Positions 56,709 through 64,000 of a DNA stretch of 64,000 nucleotides are shown one piece after another. The DNA is from the human T2T-CHM13v2.0 reference genome, Homo sapiens, in the NCBI RefSeq assembly GCF_009914755.1, contig NC_060926.1, one strand, 5' to 3'. Within the stretch, counting starts at the first letter, position 1. Every line of letters starts with the position of its first letter. The notes under the pieces are model-generated. The model saw only the letters and a program-made list of their open reading frames with translations, did not search any database and was not told the origin of the DNA. The position numbers and the translations under genes are program-made.

Positions 56709-59700
56709 ATCACCCACTTACACCAATGCACTTTAATTATCTAATTGATAATTTTATACTCACTGACTTTGGGTTGATGGCTTTGTTATGAAACAAAACA
56801 AAATTTCCCCTTTTTACCAAAACCTCCAGTATTTCAATATTTAAAGAGAATGCTGTGCTTCATTCTTAGGTAGACATAGACTACATTAATTATACTTATC
56901 AGTAAGCTAAAGATGAGACTGATTATCAAATGTACCAGTAACAGTGATTATACAGAGGTTTAAATCAGCCAAAATTCCATAACATAGACAACTAAAGAAG
57001 TTTCTATAATTTACCCAGAACTTTTGTTTTTGTTCTGTTCTCTGCCTCCTATTTTAGGCCTCTTGATCCTGTGAGTTATCCTAACGCTTGAATAAGTCCA
57101 GCCTTGGGGTCCCTCCCTGTCCTTATTTTCGCTCGCTGTGTTTGGCAGAGCTTGCGTTCATATCCTCAGAGAGTCTTAGCTGTTCCCTAGCAAAGCCCCA
57201 GGCAAAGGAAAAGCTTTTCAACCAAACACACTTAAAAATTAAGACACTGCCCTTTGGCATGCCTCCATTCCTTCTCCTGCAGTTCTGTAAAGAACAGACA
57301 GCTTCATGTTTTAGAACTTCAGATGTGATCGAATCTGCAACTGAGCTGCATGTACCAATAATATATTTCCTATGATTTTCCAAAAAAACAATGTGGTTCC
57401 AAGCCTCACCTTTTAGTGGATGCTGCCTCCTGGTAGATGGGGGTGGTGGTATTTACTGCATGATAAAATTATAGTGAGGAAACATATCAAACTCTAATGT
57501 CTCAAGTCGAGGAATTAAGAATAAACGGTCTAAGTTGAAAGATTGGGGGAGTGAAGTGTGCTTGCTTAGATTCTCCATGAACAGCTGTATTGCATGACTC
57601 CAGTGGAATCATAAAAATATAGCCTGGCTCTGCTGGATGTGGTGGGCTACTAGAGTTTTCAGATTACATGATCCAGGAAAATGTTTACTACAAACATTTC
57701 AACTTCTTCATATTAACAACATCCACACAGTCCTGAGTTTCAGCATAATAGAGGATTCTCTGTAGTAAAACACCACTGCGGATATTTCATAGCCATTTTT
57801 AAAAATATTTCATGTGAAATTAGTAATTGCATCATAAGCAAACTGTACATGGGAGGAATGGATAACAATGGTAAAATGAAACCCATAAGACATTGTGAAA
57901 GTGTAATTTGCTGTGCCTTTGAGAGAGGGTGAATCTCACTGGTTGAGAACTGTCTGAGTTGTGCCCAAAGATTGAGTAAAGAGTTATAAGGAGAAGCACT
58001 TTGCCAGAGTAAAAAATCACGTATTTGAAAATTCCTATCACTTTGGTATCTCATCTACTAACAGAATCTCCATTAGGCCTTCAACATTCTGCAACCTGAG
58101 TTCCAACGGTGTCTTTCCTTCCTTTGGAGTGTCTTAATATCTGTTCTTGCTGTTACCTCCACTTATTCAGCTTTGAGACCACATCAAAATTGATCATCTA
58201 TTTCTTGACAACTATAGGCATTCAATAATTATTTGCTCAAAAGTTCTGGAATCTTTACCACCCTCCTCAAACCACTTGCCTGTTGCCAGCTACTTTTCCA
58301 TGCTCGGACCCCAAGTTGGTTACTTTAATTCTATCCTTTCTGTGATTTGCTCTATTGATTCCAAATTCAAACTTTCCATTTCTCTACTCATGGTCCTAAA
58401 CCATGGAATGAGACTATTGAAGACTTCATCACAGCAACGACAGGTCTGGCATATAAGCGTACCCTTAGCAGACTCAACAGGCCCTTGCACAAGGCCCAGG
58501 ATGGGGCCCACAGCAAGGTTGGATGTACCTGCACAGGCAAGGATTTGATCCATGAATCGTTGGGTCCACTGCTGCTTCCCAGGTATTGCACAATATCCTC
58601 TTCCCTTCACAGCTACAACCTCACATTCTGATTTTGAGAATTTCCAGTATGTTTTCTAAACTAGTTGAGAGAATGCCATGAATGCTTAGCAATTTCCAGT
58701 TAGGAAGGTAGGTGGACTGGAGAGAATTTTCTTTCTTTCAAGTACACAATAATTGTTCTTGAGTTATCTTAAACCACCAAAACCAACACTTATTTTCCCA
58801 AGACAGTGCTGTACAATGAAGTAAACAGAAGAGAAAAATACCTAGAGAGGACACTTTAATCATCAGGTGAATTAAATCAGGACAGCCTACTTTGAAGAAC
58901 TAAAGCCAAATAAAACAACAAAACAAGCTTTGTTAATTCTAATGAGACTCTGGAATCACCCATTTTCCCAAGGACTGTTAGAATAAATATTTCCTGTATA
59001 AACAAGAGCAATGTTTTAACTCTGTAGAACCCAAACTGCCTTAGGTGGATAAGCCTATGGTAACTTGATTTTTCTTATTTCTTTTCATTATGGCCTTTAT
59101 AAGTTGGAGTGTAAGGAGAAAGAATAATCAATGTGTGGACTTTTTTTCCCCTGCGGAATAAGTGAACTAATGAATTGTTAAAATTTTCTGAAAATGTCCT
59201 TAACGCAATGCAAGTAAATCTTCCTGTTCCCCACGGTCTCTCACCATTCCTCATTTATCTTGGATTATTTCGATCCTATTCCCCCAGTATCAGCATGTGG
59301 TGTAGTTACATCAATGAATAATTCACATCACAAACAGGCAAATGATTTTGCTTTAAATGATAATAAGCCTGAGGTGAGAAAAAACAATGAGTCTGGTTTA
59401 CCTTAAAGCCCAATGCTAGAGAATCTTCAAAAATAGTATCTCAGTAAGAGCCTGGATCAGAGGACTGACAAAGATACTGGGCTTGAAATCAAGAATGCAT
59501 TCAAAACACAGTAAGCCTTCTCTGAAGATCCCCCAGATAGTTCCTAACCCTCACTGCTTCCCACATTACTAAATTCCTTCCACATCACTAAATTCGCAGT
59601 GGTTGCCAGTCTGCTGAAACACCGACTATGCTGATTGTAGTCTGTATTTCAAGGTTTCTGTGTATGTTCACGATCAATTTCTCTAACAGAATTTTATTTA

Positions 59701-61088
59701 CTTTGAGAGAAAGAATTATATCTTATACCAAAAGTGTGTTTTTAAGTAAGTGTTGAAATTCATGTTCTAACCAATTATTAAATTCCTTTCCCATTGAATC
59801 CACTTTCCAACACCTCAAAACCTCTGTTTTGCTTGCATCTAGGTATAAATGGGAGTGGGGGGAAAGGAGTGCAGCCTGATTATTCTAGGTCTCATGATAA
59901 CATTCATTATTTTATTGGTGCTCTAAAATAAAGTGTTGATAGTCTATATGGATTCTACAGTCATAAAAATATTTGCTTTTACATTTTTTCGGGTCTTTTT
60001 TGAAACACTGGTCTGAGAACACTGCAGTTTCTCAATAACACTTGCTAAAAAGTGAGCTTTCACTGGGTTGATTGATCCACACTTAAGAGGACAAACAGTT
60101 CTGAGTGCCTGCTGAAATAGAAATTTTCCATCCTTTTTGAAGACTCAGAATTATGCCAGGGTATATATATTTTCAAGGGTTCAAATTATTTTGAAAGCTT
60201 TTGTCTTAAAGACACAGACTTAAGGCATTCTCCTCAGTGACACAGGAAATGAGCAGGTGCAGGGCAGTCCTTTAGAAGGCAGTTCCTACAGTTTCCTTCC
60301 ACCCTATTAAGGAGGTGTGTTCTTGCAATACCTAATATGTCTTGTGCCTATGATAGACTAGGGAGAATTAAAAGACTTGAAATTTAAACCATCATTCTAG
60401 TTTTTGACTTTTTAATTTATTATTTTTTGTGTTATTTCCAAGTCTTTTAACTTTTGTAAACTTCAGTTTTTCTTTTTTATTAAAAAGCGTAATAATAGTT
60501 TTGCTGCAATTGACATTATATTAAATTAGATAATTATATAAAAGTGCATCAAAAATTTGAGTGTGCTATGCAATGGAAGGGTATTAATTTGGCAAAAGGA
60601 AAATATTGGAAGAATGTATATCTCTTAAGTTAACATGACGGAGTAATTGTGGTTTAAGTATTTCCATAAAAATCAAAGTAATATTGTATAAGACCTTTCA
60701 GTTATTATACAGTAGACAATTAGTCATGTTTTTAATTCACATAACATTTAATTAGATTTTTTGTTTTTTATTCTATAGAGGAATGTTTAGACAAGCTTAC
60801 CAACATCATAAAAGAGGAGACCATGTGGATTTAAAGTACGTAGCATATAATTAATTTCAAATTACTTAAGCAATAAAACACTTATCTAACAGCCATTAAG
60901 CTACTAGTAAATGTCAAACTATTTTAATTGCACTCAATAAGACAAATTAAAAGCCTAAATATATTTTTAATATTTTCCCTTGCAGGGTCTTAGTGTGGAA
61001 AGTGTAGTGTATTTAGTCTTTCCAATATTATTTACATAAGAAGGGAGAAAAAAAAGGAAGATACAGAGGCCTTTGGACTCCAATTGTT

Positions 61089-61391
<303 letters not shown>

Positions 61392-62350
61392 TCCAACTGT
61401 TAATACCATGCCCAGAACTGTCATTTTCCAACTGTGATCAACAAGAAACCTCAGAACAACTGCTGGAGGCAGGAGAGAGAAAAGTGGGTAGGGTTAAAAG
61501 CCCCCTCCCCAACATGGCTTCATCTAAAACAGCTCTGCTATTTTATGTACATGGTTTCTATGCAAAGGTACACAAGAAATATGAACTCTTTGGCCTCTAA
61601 AGATGTTTCGAATATCTGTAGCAAAAGAAAGAACTCTAGATAAGAAATTAGGGAATCATCATCTCCTCTCCAGATTTGTGACCCTAGACAAGTCTTTTAC
61701 TCTCCCTAGTGCGTGGATTTTTGTATCTATAAAAACATGGATGTTGTATTAAATATGTTTAATTGTAAATAAATTAAGATTTTTTTAGAAATAGAAGCTT
61801 GGGGGAAAATAGTAGGATGAAGTATCAGGAAGCTAAATACCTCAAATGCCAGCTAGAACTGGTCATTCTATGGAGCAAGAAAAGATCTTCATCTTGCATC
61901 CCGTCACTGGGAGTTATATGCCTCATTTCTGGCAGCTGAGAACTCCCTTTCTCTCTCACTGCCTACATTCATCTCTTTTGGAGCTGGCATCTCAGTCAGA
62001 CCCTTCCTACCTCAATCAGTTTATCAGACACTAAGAAATCCCAGTCTTACTGCTCAAGGTTACAGCTAATGCAGAGCCTTTCGAAGAAATGACCACACAT
62101 ACTCTCATTATGAACAAGTATATAAATCTGCAGCATACAGCTATATAGCAGATGAGCCTATTTAAATTATCCCACATATGAAGACAAGGAAAGCAGAGTA
62201 GTTCTGTTGAAGTGATGGGGCCGAGGGGCTAGAACGCTGTCCCCCAGCCTCCATCGAGTCTCTCCACCCTGAGACACCTCTGGTAAGAGCAGCGTTCTCA
62301 GGAACCCTGTTTGAAAACTACTGTATAATCATACCCTTTTAACTTATTAA

Positions 62351-62353
<3 letters not shown>

Positions 62354-62398
<45 letters not shown>
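62354..62398. repeat. (TA)n microsatellite
   Basis: Directly visible pure AT dinucleotide run. Confidence 0.95.
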
Positions 62399-62403
<5 letters not shown>

Positions 62404-64000
62404 TTGTTACTTTACTTTTTCATAATGCCCACTTTCTTTTTACTGTAGTAACCATGGAATTGAAAATTAGTCATTTTGGAAGATATTTATAAATATCTTC
62501 ACTTTAAGGGAAAACTTGAAGTCACTTTATACTTGTTGAAAACATGATCTAGGAATATTTGATTTGTGCATTCTTCTCTCTTTATCTTTTTCATGTGGGA
62601 AAGAAGGATTAGAAGCTAGGTTGACTCTTGATCTAATTTCAAATAAGAAAATCATTACACTTGCAAAAATCTATCATTACCAAGCATCATTACTTCACTT
62701 GGAGCAATGCAAGGAGAGAAAAAAATAACTGCCTTTAGAACATGAGAAAATTCTCATTGATATGTTTATTCTTTGATTCTTCATCACTTTTCTGCTGCAA
62801 GAAGTTAAAAGCCTGCAGCTTGGCAAAAAAAAAAAAAAAAAAAACTAGTTGAATTAGATTCACAAAAATCAAGACTTATCTTCTTAACCACCAGGCACAG
62901 AGATTTACCAGGATGGAGTCAGGAACAGGGGAGAAGGGAACGGAATACTAGCTCTGCCAACAGACAGCTAATGTGCAGAAGAATCTGCTAGGAAAATCTG
63001 AGGGGTAAGATGCAGATGTAATAAAATCAACGCCAAGGAAAGGAGGGGGAAAGAAGTTAATGGGAATTCCAGTAATACCCAATTCTGAGGAACCTGAAAT
63101 GGCATGGAAGAGACATAATGTATCTGGAAGTCCATTCTAGGCCCCGTCTGGTGAGGCTTAGGGGAAGAATTCTGAATGTCACACTGAATGGTGCAACTTT
63201 GATAGTTTTACACTTTAAGGGGACTTGTCCTGCATTCCCTGAGAGATATCACTATATAAAAACTGACAAAGTAGGCTACCTGTCAAAGAAACTAATAAAA
63301 GTGCTATAATTATAAGCAAAGGGAGAACTATCTATCATCCCCATTGAAGCAATGTTCTCTTGTTCCCCAGAAGACATGAGGTAATCACCTGGGAGTAGAT
63401 ACCACCAACATAGCATCAGCTGACCATGGCCACCTTGAGATAAGTCCATGAGAGCCATAAGCAGTTCCCAACCACCAGCGTTCTCTGTCTTCATGTCTCT
63501 CCTAGTTTCCCTAAGGCTCAAAACTCATTTCTGATCTGAAAACTCAATTGGCGTGATCAGATGGCATTGGCTAGCCTTCTCACCATTCATCCCAGAGTAT
63601 CACCATTACTTTTTTTGTCCTTCTCTCATCCATCTCCCTGGTACCCATTGCTCCACAACTCACAAGCACTCAGCATAACTCTAGCTTCTATTCTCAACCA
63701 GCTAGGTAAGTAATGCTGGCAGAGAGGGGAGCAAGATATTTCTTGAAATCTTTTAGAAAAATGAAAGATATAACTTTTCTATTTGAGGACAACAAACCCA
63801 GTCATTATACCATCAGGACTGTTATTTAGAGTTGAACCCCTCCAGATTTCTTGCCAGGAAATTAGAAAAAGGGATTATAATGCCAAGACTGCCTTAACCA
63901 CCAATGTCTAGGGATAATTTGGAAAACATATGTATTACCTTTTTGTAATGCCTTCAATGATCATGCATTTATCTGGTTTCTTAAAAATCTATTGCTGACT

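Noticed and set aside
59557-59596. ~20-bp tandem duplication 'cttcc(c)acat(t/c)actaaattc'
   Set aside because: Ordinary short slippage duplication with no further signal.

Overview
AT-rich primate genomic DNA, most likely human or another great ape (AluY and an L1PA2-type 3' end are present). It is intergenic or deep-intronic and dominated by interspersed repeats: Alu, L1, L2, MIR, MaLR/ERVL/ERV1 LTRs, Tigger3 and MER85. No protein-coding gene, RNA gene or CRISPR array can be supported, and the listed ORFs are TE-derived or chance. The standout is a highly diverged tandem array at ~41.0-49.8 kb, with about 5.6 kb of array sequence and roughly 75 units of ~73-75 bp. Its unit looks like the 3' tail of a MIR/L2 element. 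The array contains a ~740-bp internally inverted block, shows a CpG-decay footprint, is rich in GCATG/TGCATG, and is interrupted by AluJ and by an old L1 carrying a 5'-inverted L1PB and Alus, so it is ancient. Other points: a MER85 with its CSB-PGBD3 palindrome and a 54-bp duplication of one end, an L1PA2 inside an AT-only repeat tract, deeply nested ERVL/Tigger/LTR insertions, and a few candidate + strand exons. Repeat subfamily names were assigned by eye from remembered consensus sequences, and boundaries are approximate.
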